Source of the DNA: an uncultured Pelagibacteraceae bacterium
GTDB lineage: Bacteria > Pseudomonadota > Alphaproteobacteria > Pelagibacterales > Pelagibacteraceae
Direction: 5' to 3'
DNA length: 57,545 nucleotides
Assembly (NCBI GenBank): GCA_902620265.1
Contig: CACNHI010000001.1
Location: 1 to 57,545, forward strand
Part shown: piece by piece, positions 29,812-38,804 of the stretch
Layout of the letters: each line of letters opens with the position of its first letter
Numbering within the stretch: position 1 is the first letter of the stretch
Program-made: the position numbers and the translations under genes
The notes under the pieces: model-generated
What the model saw: only the letters and a program-made list of their open reading frames with translations
What the model was told of the DNA's origin: nothing
Database searches by the model: none

Positions 29812-30785
29812 TTATTTTCTCTTATAAAATTTTTTAAATCTTTTGCTGGATAACCCATTACTTTAGAATTATCTGGAATATTCTTTATAACACCGCTACC
29901 ACCACCTATTTGTACATTGTTCCCGATCTTGAGATGACCTGAAATACCTGCCTGACCTCCAATCATAACATTGTTTCCTAAAGTAGAACTTCCAGCAAAA
30001 CCTACTTGTCCTGCAATAATGCAATTCTCACCTATTTTTACATTGTGAGCTATATGTATTTGATTATCTAAATATGTATTTTTTCCTATGATTGTGTTCG
30101 AAAGAGAACCCCTATCAATCGTAGATCCACAACCAATTTCTACATTATCTTCAATTATTACAATACCTATTTGAGGATATCTAATATTGGAGTCTTTATT
30201 TGGAAAAAAACCAAATCCTTTTTTTCCAATCACACAACCATCTAAAATATGAACATTGTTTTTAATTAATGAATTTCTAATAATTACATTTGATCCTATA
30301 GAACAATTGTTACCTATGTTTACATTTTTTTCTATAATTGAATTATGACCAATTAAACAATTAGCACCAATTTTCACATTTTCACCAATAAGAACATTTT
30401 TTCCAAATTTAACTTTTTCTTTAAGTTCTGTAACATCTATGTCTTTTACAGTGTTATCATAATCATCCGTAATGGAGTCTGGATAAAAAATTCTTGTTAT
30501 TTGAGCAGTATGTAATAAAACCTTATCAGAAATGATAGCCTTACAATTATTCGGTAAAAACGATTGAAAATTTTTGGATGTAAGACAATATGAGGCTTTA
30601 GTTTTTTTCGCTAAATCAGAATATCTCTTTGAATGGAAAAAGGTAATTTCATTTTTTTGAGACGAATTTAGATCTTTAATATCAATAATTTGATCATCAG
30701 GAAAATTGAAATTCTTTAAATTAATTGTCTTTAGTAAAAAATTTATATTGTGAGGACCAGTATTTTTAAAAAAAGGATTGATCAT
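29808..30785 (-). CDS. lpxD: UDP-3-O-acylglucosamine N-acyltransferase
   Basis: GFGF, EIGCGSTIDRG, DNQIHIAHN, GYPA; start chosen at ATG 30785. Confidence 0.94.
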   Translation of the reverse strand: MINPFFKNTGPHNINFLLKTINLKNFNFPDDQIIDIKDLNSSQKNEITFFHSKRYSDLAKKTKASYCLTSKNFQSFLPNNCKAIISDKVLLHTAQITRIFYPDSITDDYDNTVKDIDVTELKEKVKFGKNVLIGENVKIGANCLIGHNSIIEKNVNIGNNCSIGSNVIIRNSLIKNNVHILDGCVIGKKGFGFFPNKDSNIRYPQIGIVIIEDNVEIGCGSTIDRGSLSNTIIGKNTYLDNQIHIAHNVKIGENCIIAGQVGFAGSSTLGNNVMIGGQAGISGHLKIGNNVQIGGGSGVIKNIPDNSKVMGYPAKDLKNFIRENK

Positions 30786-30839
30786 TAATAAATCTAATAT
30801 CAAAACTTATTTTAAATGCTTATCAAGATTTATTGCTAA

Positions 30840-31289
30840 TTATTTCCTGTCAACTATAGTGGCAGACCATAAGGCATCAGCCATTTTTTTTCCCTCCACA
30901 AAGGCCTCACCTTTATATTTCCATACTCGACCATGAGATCTAACAGCCTCAATTAAAAGTTCCAGTCTACAGTCAGGTATAACTGGATTTCTAAATCTTG
31001 CTTTTTCAACACTCATTAAAAAAACAAGTTTATTTTCATATGTTGATTTATCAATTCCATGGGCAGTAAGCGCAGCTGCAGCTTGGCCGAAAGCCTCTAC
31101 TATTAATACTCCAGGCATTACTGGTTGTCCTGGAAAGTGACCTTGAACATAAAAACTATTTTTCTTAACATAAACTATAGCTTTTGCTGATTTCAGTTTA
31201 ACTATATCAACTAATTCATCAATTAGCAGCATTGGTTCTCTGTGCGGAAGTAGATTTATAATTTCATTTTTTGTTAATTTTGATGTCAT
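30840..31289 (-). CDS. fabZ: 3-hydroxyacyl-ACP dehydratase
   Basis: LPHREPMLLID, GHFPGQPVMPGVLIVE; start at ATG 31289. Confidence 0.95.
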   Translation of the reverse strand: MTSKLTKNEIINLLPHREPMLLIDELVDIVKLKSAKAIVYVKKNSFYVQGHFPGQPVMPGVLIVEAFGQAAAALTAHGIDKSTYENKLVFLMSVEKARFRNPVIPDCRLELLIEAVRSHGRVWKYKGEAFVEGKKMADALWSATIVDRK

Positions 31290-31290
31290 A

Positions 31291-31815
31291 TCAATCAAAC
31301 TTGATTTTTTGAATTTTTTGGTCAACAATTTTCAAAATGTCAGCTGTAATGTCTAATTCTTTTTTTCCCATAATAATATTTTTTTTTTGTACAATAATAG
31401 AAATATTATTTTTTGCAGCATAATCACCTAATATTGGTTTAATTTGATTTGAAAATTGGGCGCTAGCCTGCAATCTTTTTTTTGTACTTTCCTGTATTAT
31501 GTTTTGTCTTTTAGTTCTATAATCACTAATCTGTTTTTTTAAATTTTCCAATTTTGACGTAAACTCATTTTCACTAATAACATTTTTTTTGGAAATTAAA
31601 TCTTGCTCTTGTTTTTTTAAATCTTCTTCTATTTTTTTAAATTTATTTATATTTTTTTCGTTTGACTTTGATATTTTGTTAATAATTAATTTACCAGCTT
31701 TTGATTCTTTCATTATTTTTTCCATATTAATATAAACAATTTGCTCCGCATTTATCTTTTGTAAATTGATTAAAAATAATAATAAAAAAAGTATAGAGAA
31801 TTTTATTACTTTCAT
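31291..31815 (-). CDS. skp: OmpH/Skp periplasmic chaperone
   Basis: Signal peptide, coiled coil, C-terminal DITADIL; follows bamA. Confidence 0.85.
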   Translation of the reverse strand: MKVIKFSILFLLLFLINLQKINAEQIVYINMEKIMKESKAGKLIINKISKSNEKNINKFKKIEEDLKKQEQDLISKKNVISENEFTSKLENLKKQISDYRTKRQNIIQESTKKRLQASAQFSNQIKPILGDYAAKNNISIIVQKKNIIMGKKELDITADILKIVDQKIQKIKFD

Positions 31816-34043
31816 TAGAATGTTGTACCAATATTAAATCTAACTGTTTCTGTTTTATCAGTATCAGCTTTTGAAATTGGTTGTGCAACAGAAAAATTTA
31901 GAGGTCCTACAACTGTAAACCAGTCAATACTAAGCCCAACAGATGACCTTAAATGTGAATTATCAAGAGAGCTATCATAGTCTACACCCCACACATTTGC
32001 TGCATCAAAGAAAATTTGAAAATCTATTGTCTCTAAATTTGCACCAAATTCAGGAAGAGTTGTCGATGCATTTAAAACTGCTGTATAATTTCCACCAATG
32101 TAATCACCAGAATCTTTGGGGCCAATTTTACCAGACTCAAAACCTCTTAGTTTTTTTGATGGTATATAAAGTCTTTTTGAAATTCTGACATCCTCATCAC
32201 CAATTGCATTAATTGCAGAGCCTTGTATTGATAATCTAGTTACCATGTCTGAAATTTGATTAAATGTTGTAAATTCATAACTATTGAAAAAAGCTGTGTC
32301 CTCAGAAATAAGTGGAATAGATTGATTAAATCTACTTCTGTAACCAGATGAAGTTTGAAATCTCTGATTTCTTTTATCTAAATCTAGTCCATATGCAAAC
32401 GAAGTATCAAAATATTCGCCTTCTTGCTTTTTTAAATTTGCAGTTGCAGATTGGTTTGTATCTAACTTTTCATAAAATGATCTTATTTTGGGTGAAAAGA
32501 TTACATCATCATATTGCTCCCATGCTGATCCCAAGCTAATACCAGTTTTTCCAGTTTCATACCCATAGTCTGTTAATCTATCTGTTACACTGCTTTCGAT
32601 AGAGGCAATTAAAGTTTTTTCTGAATAATTCCAATTTGGATTTACAATTGAAAAAGCACCTTTAATAGTTTCATCATTTAGTCTCAAATTTGTATCTAAA
32701 GAAATGTTTTTTCCTAAAAAATTATTTTCTTTAACACCAAATCCAATTGTACTTCCTTGAGTTCCTGCTCCAGCCGAAGCAAATATTTCACCTGTCGGTT
32801 TTTCTGATACGATTATGTTTAGAGACTTCTTATCCTTATCTTCTGTGACCAAGTCATACTCAACTTTGCTGAAAATATTAAGTGATTTAAGGTTATTTAT
32901 AGATTTTACTAATAATAATTCATTAAACGGATCACCTTCATCAACCTCTAAATTATCCCGTATTACTTTCTCTTCTGTAATGTTGTTCCCAAAGACATTT
33001 ACTTTTGTTAGGTATCTTTTCTCGAATTCCTTAATTTCAAATACAAGCTCTAATTCATTTTCACTTATAAGTTTTTCTTTAAACGAAGCATTAATAAACT
33101 CATAATCATTTCTATATGTTAATTTATCAACTTCTTTTGCAATTTTATTTAATTTGTTTATTGAATAAATCTCACCCTCAAGTTTAGAAAGTTTTTTTTT
33201 AACTTCAATAAAGTCTTTCTTATTATAATCTTCAGGAAGAATTAATTTACTTTTTAAAATTTTAAATTTTGGCCCTGCGTTAATATTATATTGCAACTTA
33301 AAATAATTATCCTCTGTTAGTTCAATATTGCTATCATTAATGACAACTTTATAGTGACCTTTGTTAAGGTAATAATTTTTTAAAAGTCTTTTATCTAATT
33401 TAATATTTTCTGAATTTATAAATTTTCTATTAGTAATAAATTTCCAAAACCTATTTTCTTCACTTATAATTATATTTCTTAATAATCTATCTTTATAATA
33501 TTTATTACCAGTAAACTCTATAGTCTTTATATATGCTTTTTCACCAAGATCGATATCGTAAATTAGATTTACAGTATTATTTTGGTTTAATATTAATTTA
33601 TCGGTTACTGTAGAAAAGTAGTACCCAGAGTTTTTCAATATTTTCTGAATTCGATCTATATCTACAGAAACAAAACTTTCAACAAAAGGATTTTTATCTT
33701 TTAATAATAATTGTTTTTTTAAGATGTTTACTAATTCATTTTTTTTTATACCATTTATTGTAATTTCTTGAATAATCTTATTTTCTGTAACATCAATTGT
33801 TAAAACACCATTAATTAAACTTAAAGATATATTTGAAAAAAAATTTGTTCCGTATAAATCTTTTATAACTTGGTCTAAATTATTTGCATCATAATCTTTT
33901 CCAATTTGAATATTAGAAAAAACAATAATTGTCTCTTTGGTGATTCTTTCGTTATTTATAATTTCAACTTTGTTGATAATTTCAGCATAGGATTTTGATA
34001 CTAAAAAGATTGTAAATAAAATAATGTTTAAAAATTTATACAT
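31815..34043 (-). CDS. bamA: Outer-membrane protein assembly factor BamA
   Basis: POTRA repeats, NFLG, LRGF, YIGGN, C-terminal FNIGTTF. Confidence 0.95.
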   Translation of the reverse strand: MYKFLNIILFTIFLVSKSYAEIINKVEIINNERITKETIIVFSNIQIGKDYDANNLDQVIKDLYGTNFFSNISLSLINGVLTIDVTENKIIQEITINGIKKNELVNILKKQLLLKDKNPFVESFVSVDIDRIQKILKNSGYYFSTVTDKLILNQNNTVNLIYDIDLGEKAYIKTIEFTGNKYYKDRLLRNIIISEENRFWKFITNRKFINSENIKLDKRLLKNYYLNKGHYKVVINDSNIELTEDNYFKLQYNINAGPKFKILKSKLILPEDYNKKDFIEVKKKLSKLEGEIYSINKLNKIAKEVDKLTYRNDYEFINASFKEKLISENELELVFEIKEFEKRYLTKVNVFGNNITEEKVIRDNLEVDEGDPFNELLLVKSINNLKSLNIFSKVEYDLVTEDKDKKSLNIIVSEKPTGEIFASAGAGTQGSTIGFGVKENNFLGKNISLDTNLRLNDETIKGAFSIVNPNWNYSEKTLIASIESSVTDRLTDYGYETGKTGISLGSAWEQYDDVIFSPKIRSFYEKLDTNQSATANLKKQEGEYFDTSFAYGLDLDKRNQRFQTSSGYRSRFNQSIPLISEDTAFFNSYEFTTFNQISDMVTRLSIQGSAINAIGDEDVRISKRLYIPSKKLRGFESGKIGPKDSGDYIGGNYTAVLNASTTLPEFGANLETIDFQIFFDAANVWGVDYDSSLDNSHLRSSVGLSIDWFTVVGPLNFSVAQPISKADTDKTETVRFNIGTTF

Positions 34044-35214
34044 TGGAAATGGATCTTACACATAAAGCTCTGGTTTTCAATCTTACATATCTGTTTAAGT
34101 GCATAATTTGAGCTAAATTATTAGGTTTTTTGGTTCTAAGTTTTTTGAATTCATTTAGTTTTAATATTGATATAAGTTTATCTGAAATATCTAAAAATTT
34201 GATTTTCTTCTTAAGAAATAAGTCCACAAGTTCATCATTAGCACTAACTAAAACTGTTTCTAAAAGACTATTTTTTTTAAAATTAAATAAATTAATCAAA
34301 CCAAGTGATGGAAATTGTCTAATGCTGAGATGATTAAAATTTAAATTATTTAGTTTTTTAATATCGATTTTTTTTGAATTTATCCTTGCAGATTTATTTA
34401 AATATAATGTATTGAGGATTGGTATTTTCATATTAGTGTCATGAATTAAAATTTTTGTGACACCGTTTTTAAATTTTACTATAGCATGTACATAGGAGTT
34501 TGGATGTGAAAGAATTTTGATTTTTTTTATACTTATATTAAAAATTTTTTTTGCCTCTATTAATTCAAAAAGTTTATTAACCATTGTCGCTGAATCTATT
34601 GAAATTTTTTTTCCCATTTTCCATTTTGGGTGTTTTATAGCATGCTCGGGTTTAACTTCTTTTAACTTTTTTCTTTTTATATTTAAAAAAGGACCTCCAG
34701 ATGCTGTAATAAATATTTCATCAATTTCTTGATTATAGTTTTCAATCAATGTCCAAATTGAAAAATGTTCAGAGTCGACAGGAACAAACTTTGTTTTACT
34801 TTTTCTTAATTCGGCGTTAATTAAATTCCATCCACAAATAATCGACTCTTTATTTGCTAGAGCTATTAATTTTGTATATTTAATTATCTCTATTGTGGGT
34901 TGTAAACCATCAAAACCTGATATTGAGTTCATAACATAATCAATTTTTTTCAAAAAAACCTTTTTAAAACACAAATAATTATTAAAAACTTTGAGTTTTT
35001 TATTACTTTTTTGAAATTGAATAAATTTATTTTTGTCAGTTATTATAACTGCTTTTGGTTTAAAAATTTTAATTTGCTTTGAAATTTCATCAATATTTGA
35101 ATTAGTTGAGAGAAGCACCACATTGAAATTATGTTTATCCTTTTTTATAATTTCAAGTGTTTGTTTGCCAATAGATCCAGTTGATCCAAGAATTGCAATT
35201 TTTTTTTTTGTCAT
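34036..35214 (-). CDS. dxr: 1-deoxy-D-xylulose-5-phosphate reductoisomerase
   Basis: LGSTGSIG, LANKES, PVDSEH, TASGGPF, MGKKISIDSATM. Confidence 0.95.
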   Translation of the reverse strand: MTKKKIAILGSTGSIGKQTLEIIKKDKHNFNVVLLSTNSNIDEISKQIKIFKPKAVIITDKNKFIQFQKSNKKLKVFNNYLCFKKVFLKKIDYVMNSISGFDGLQPTIEIIKYTKLIALANKESIICGWNLINAELRKSKTKFVPVDSEHFSIWTLIENYNQEIDEIFITASGGPFLNIKRKKLKEVKPEHAIKHPKWKMGKKISIDSATMVNKLFELIEAKKIFNISIKKIKILSHPNSYVHAIVKFKNGVTKILIHDTNMKIPILNTLYLNKSARINSKKIDIKKLNNLNFNHLSIRQFPSLGLINLFNFKKNSLLETVLVSANDELVDLFLKKKIKFLDISDKLISILKLNEFKKLRTKKPNNLAQIMHLNRYVRLKTRALCVRSISNV

Positions 35215-35843
35215 TTAAAAAATAATATCAAAAATATTAAAGGAAAAACAAAAATCATACCATCAATTCGATCAAGTAAACCGCCGTGACCAGGTAGAAT
35301 ATTACCAGTATTTTTAATTTTAGCTAATCTTTTAAAAATAGATATTATTAGGTCTCCAATTTGACTAACACATGATATAAATAGGATGATAAGAACAAAA
35401 CTTAGATTTGAAAAAATTTTTTGATTTTGAAAATCAAAAATAAATTCTGATGAATATGAAATTAGAATTGATAATAAAATACCTCCAATCATACCTGAAT
35501 AAGTTTTATTTGGACTAATTTTTGTTAATTTTGGTCCTTTTAGAAATTTTCCAAAAATATAACCACCTATATCAGTAGAAATACAAATAATAATTATTAA
35601 CAAAAAAAATTCTAGTCCCTCTTCTCTAATATAATATGTTGTTAAAAATGAAACTACTAAGAACAATATACCAGAAATTTTTAAAATAATATTTTTTATC
35701 ATTTTAAACCATTCGTAGGCAGATATTAAAAATAATAAAAATAAAAAAAATGAGAAAAATATTGATCCTTTAAATATAAAGTAAAGAGACAATGGTAAAA
35801 TTACTAATGTGCTTAATATTCTTTTTTGAAGTTCATTTTTCAT
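35211..35843 (-). CDS. cdsA: Phosphatidate cytidylyltransferase
   Basis: ISPNKT, GDL..S..KR, PGHGGLLDRID. Confidence 0.94.
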   Translation of the reverse strand: MKNELQKRILSTLVILPLSLYFIFKGSIFFSFFLFLLFLISAYEWFKMIKNIILKISGILFLVVSFLTTYYIREEGLEFFLLIIIICISTDIGGYIFGKFLKGPKLTKISPNKTYSGMIGGILLSILISYSSEFIFDFQNQKIFSNLSFVLIILFISCVSQIGDLIISIFKRLAKIKNTGNILPGHGGLLDRIDGMIFVFPLIFLILFFK

Positions 35844-36517
35844 TATATATTGCCATAATTTCTTTTTGTTTTTTTAAATTTTTTTATTATTTTACTATAA
35901 TCTTTCTCGTTAAAATCCGGCCATAATTTCTTTTCGAAATAAATTTCTGAATATGCTAGTTGCCAAAGTAAAAAATTACTTAACCTTCTAGTGTTACCAG
36001 TCCTTATAAGTAGATCTGGTTCTGGAATATTTTTAGTCAGTAAATATTGGTTAATATTTTCAGTATCAATTTTTTTTTTAACTCTTATTAGCTTTTTTAT
36101 TGCATAAATAAGTTCGAGTCTTGATCCATAATTTAATGCTAAATTTATTTGCAATTTTGTATTTTTAGAGGTTTTTCTTTCAGATGTATCTAAAAGATGA
36201 TTTAATTTTTTTGAAAATTTTTTAAATCCTATTATTTTTAATTTTATATTTTTACTGTGTAAATCTTTTATTTTTTTTTTTAAAAAATTTTCTAATAAAT
36301 TAAACAAATAATTGATTTCTTTTTTTGGTCTTTTCCAATTTTCTGTTGAGAATGCAAACAAAGTTAAATATTTAATTTTTTTTTTAATAGTTTCTTGAAT
36401 TATTTTCTCGACAATAACTAGACCTGCTTTGTGTCCTGCGTTTCTTGATTTTTTATGTTTTAATCCCCATCTACCGTTACCATCCATAATAATGGCTACA
36501 TGATTTAGTGGGTTCAT
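35843..36517 (-). CDS. uppS: Undecaprenyl diphosphate synthase
   Basis: HVAIIMDGNGRW, FSTENWKR, RLSNFLLWQ. Confidence 0.96.
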   Translation of the reverse strand: MNPLNHVAIIMDGNGRWGLKHKKSRNAGHKAGLVIVEKIIQETIKKKIKYLTLFAFSTENWKRPKKEINYLFNLLENFLKKKIKDLHSKNIKLKIIGFKKFSKKLNHLLDTSERKTSKNTKLQINLALNYGSRLELIYAIKKLIRVKKKIDTENINQYLLTKNIPEPDLLIRTGNTRRLSNFLLWQLAYSEIYFEKKLWPDFNEKDYSKIIKKFKKTKRNYGNI

Positions 36518-37065
36518 ATTGTCATTATTTCTTTTTCTTTTAATAGCACTTTTTCATCAATAGTTTTTATATGACTATCTGTGAAACCCTGAATTTCTTT
36601 TTCAAATTTTTTTTCTTCATCCTCTGAAATTTCTTTTTTTTTTAGTGAATTTTTTAATTCGTCATTGGCCTCTCTTCTTATGTTTCTTATTGAAATTTTA
36701 CATTTTTCACCCATCGATTTAATCATTTTTTTTATTTCGTTTCTTCTTTCCTCACTTAAATCGGGTATCGGTAGTCTGATTAATTGCCCATCTATTTGAG
36801 GATTTAGTCCTAATTCAGATTTTTTAATTGCTGAGTCAATCAAAACCACATTGTTTAAATCCCATACTTGTATATTTATCGTTCTAGGTTCTGGAGTAGT
36901 AATTGTCCCTAATTGATTAATCGGCATTTTCTGTCCGTATACATCTACTTTAACCAAATCCAGCATATTTGAATTTGCTCTTCCAGTTCTAAGTGTACCA
37001 AGTTCTTTATTAAAAATATCAATTGTTTTATCCATTTTTTCGTTATAACTTTTTGGTACAAACAT
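36514..37065 (-). CDS. frr: Ribosome recycling factor
   Basis: RTGRA, LSEERR, IRNIRR. Confidence 0.96.
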   Translation of the reverse strand: MFVPKSYNEKMDKTIDIFNKELGTLRTGRANSNMLDLVKVDVYGQKMPINQLGTITTPEPRTINIQVWDLNNVVLIDSAIKKSELGLNPQIDGQLIRLPIPDLSEERRNEIKKMIKSMGEKCKISIRNIRREANDELKNSLKKKEISEDEEKKFEKEIQGFTDSHIKTIDEKVLLKEKEIMTI

Positions 37066-37917
37066 TTATTCCCCAATTTTTAGTCTAAAAAAATTTTCAA
37101 TTTTAAGATCTTTAATATCCATTTCTTTAATTATGTCCTTCACTTTTTTCTTTGGTTCCATAACCCATGGTTGATTTAATAAACTATTATCTTCCTTAAA
37201 TTTATTTATTTTTCCTAAACTTATTTTTTTTACAATTTCATCTGGTTTGCCTGAGGACTTCAACTCTTCAGTTATTAATTCTTGTTCTTTTTTAATTATA
37301 TCATCATTAATATCCTCAGAATTTAAAGCAATTGGGTTTGATGCTGCAACATGCATAGCTAGCTGCTTTCCAAACAATTTAATTTTATCATTATTTTGAT
37401 TTGTATTTAAAGATACTATAACAGCCAATTTTGATAAATTATCTTTAACAACACGATGTAAATAACTAAAGTTCAAATTTTTTTCACTTATAAATGTTTT
37501 TGACCTTCCTAAAGTTATTTTTTCACCAATCTTAGCTATTATAGCTATTAAATTTTCGTCTACTGGTTTTCCGTTTTGCATGTTAGTTTTTTTTAATAAT
37601 CCCACGTCAGATTTACATTTGAGATTAATATCACTTAATTCTTTAACGAATTTTATAAAATCTTCATTTTTGGCTACAAAATCTGTTTCACAATTTACTT
37701 CAATTACAGATACCATGTTTTCATGTTTTGATAATGCAATTACACCTTCTTTAGCTTCTCTTGACATTTTTTTAGAAGCTTTAGAAATTCCCTTGACCCT
37801 TAAAATTTCAGCAGCCTTTTCTAGGTTACCTTTAGATTCTTTTATTGCAGCACTACAATCTTTAAACCCTGCACCAGTATTTTGTCTAAGTTCTTTAATT
37901 TTTTCTATATCACTCAT
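37066..37917 (-). CDS. tsf: Elongation factor Ts
   Basis: [26 protein letters not shown]. Confidence 0.97.
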   Translation of the reverse strand: MSDIEKIKELRQNTGAGFKDCSAAIKESKGNLEKAAEILRVKGISKASKKMSREAKEGVIALSKHENMVSVIEVNCETDFVAKNEDFIKFVKELSDINLKCKSDVGLLKKTNMQNGKPVDENLIAIIAKIGEKITLGRSKTFISEKNLNFSYLHRVVKDNLSKLAVIVSLNTNQNNDKIKLFGKQLAMHVAASNPIALNSEDINDDIIKKEQELITEELKSSGKPDEIVKKISLGKINKFKEDNSLLNQPWVMEPKKKVKDIIKEMDIKDLKIENFFRLKIGE

Positions 37918-37941
37918 TTTAATTATTGTTTATGATCAAAA

Positions 37942-38682
37942 TTAATTAGTAGATTTTTTTTGTATTTTTTTTTCTTGATCATCTTCAGGATTTGATACTT
38001 CCTTTTTGGCATTATCAATTGTTTCTTTAATCAGATTACAGTACAAATCTATCGATCTTCTAGCATCATCATTACCAGGAATAGGAAAGTTGATACCATC
38101 AGGATTAGAGTTTGTATCTAATATTGCAATTATTGGAATATTTAATTTAATGGCTTCCTTTATTGCTAATGACTCATAATTTGTATCTATGATAAAAACT
38201 AAATCTGGAACTTTTTTCATTTTACTTATACCACCCAAAGATCTTTGTAATTTGTCTCGCTGAATACTCATTTTTAATAGTTCTTTTTTTGTAAATCCTC
38301 TGTTTTCTGAAACTAAATCAAGATTAATTTTTTCTAATTTTTTAATTGAATTTGATATGGTTCCCCAATTTGTTAACATACCCCCAAGCCATCTATAATT
38401 AACATAATATTGGCTTGTATCTTTTGCTAAATCTGAAATTGCTTCTGAAGCTTGCTTTTTAGTAGAAATAAACAAAATTTTACCATTATTTTTAATAGTC
38501 TGAAAAATTTTTTCTAATGCTACGTTAAATAATTCTAAGGTTTGTGTTAAATCAATAATATGAATAGAATCTCTTTTTCCAAAAATATATTTCTTCATTT
38601 TTGGATTCCATCTTAAGGTTTTATGTCCAAGATGAACACCTGCTTCTAAAAGTTGCTGTATTGTTACAGTTGGTATTTTCAT
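37942..38682 (-). CDS. rpsB: 30S ribosomal protein S2
   Basis: [29 protein letters not shown]. Confidence 0.98.
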   Translation of the reverse strand: MKIPTVTIQQLLEAGVHLGHKTLRWNPKMKKYIFGKRDSIHIIDLTQTLELFNVALEKIFQTIKNNGKILFISTKKQASEAISDLAKDTSQYYVNYRWLGGMLTNWGTISNSIKKLEKINLDLVSENRGFTKKELLKMSIQRDKLQRSLGGISKMKKVPDLVFIIDTNYESLAIKEAIKLNIPIIAILDTNSNPDGINFPIPGNDDARRSIDLYCNLIKETIDNAKKEVSNPEDDQEKKIQKKSTN

Positions 38683-38687
38683 AAGTA

Positions 38688-38758
38688 TTTCCGGTTAAAC
38701 CACCACAATTATTTCCACTTAAGGACCGGAGGTATTACACCATTAATTGTGTGCGTAT
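38688..38758 (-). ncRNA. rpsB leader (t44/rpsB-type cis-regulatory RNA)
   Basis: GC-enriched leader with crossing helices CACAATTA/TAATTGTG (38751-38744 with 38711-38704) and TCCGG/CCGGA (38730-38726 with 38694-38690). Confidence 0.75.
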
Positions 38759-38767
38759 TTAAGCGAT

Positions 38768-38796
38768 CTTCTACATGGTTATTTAAATTTTCTCAA
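38768..38796 (-). promoter_or_regulatory. Putative rpsB promoter
   Basis: TTGAGA-N17-TAGAAG just upstream of the structured leader. Confidence 0.5.
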
Positions 38797-38804
38797 GTAT
38801 TTTT

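Noticed and set aside
29035-30785. Repetitive sequence in lpxA and lpxD
   Set aside because: Explained by hexapeptide beta-helix repeats; not a DNA repeat array or CRISPR.
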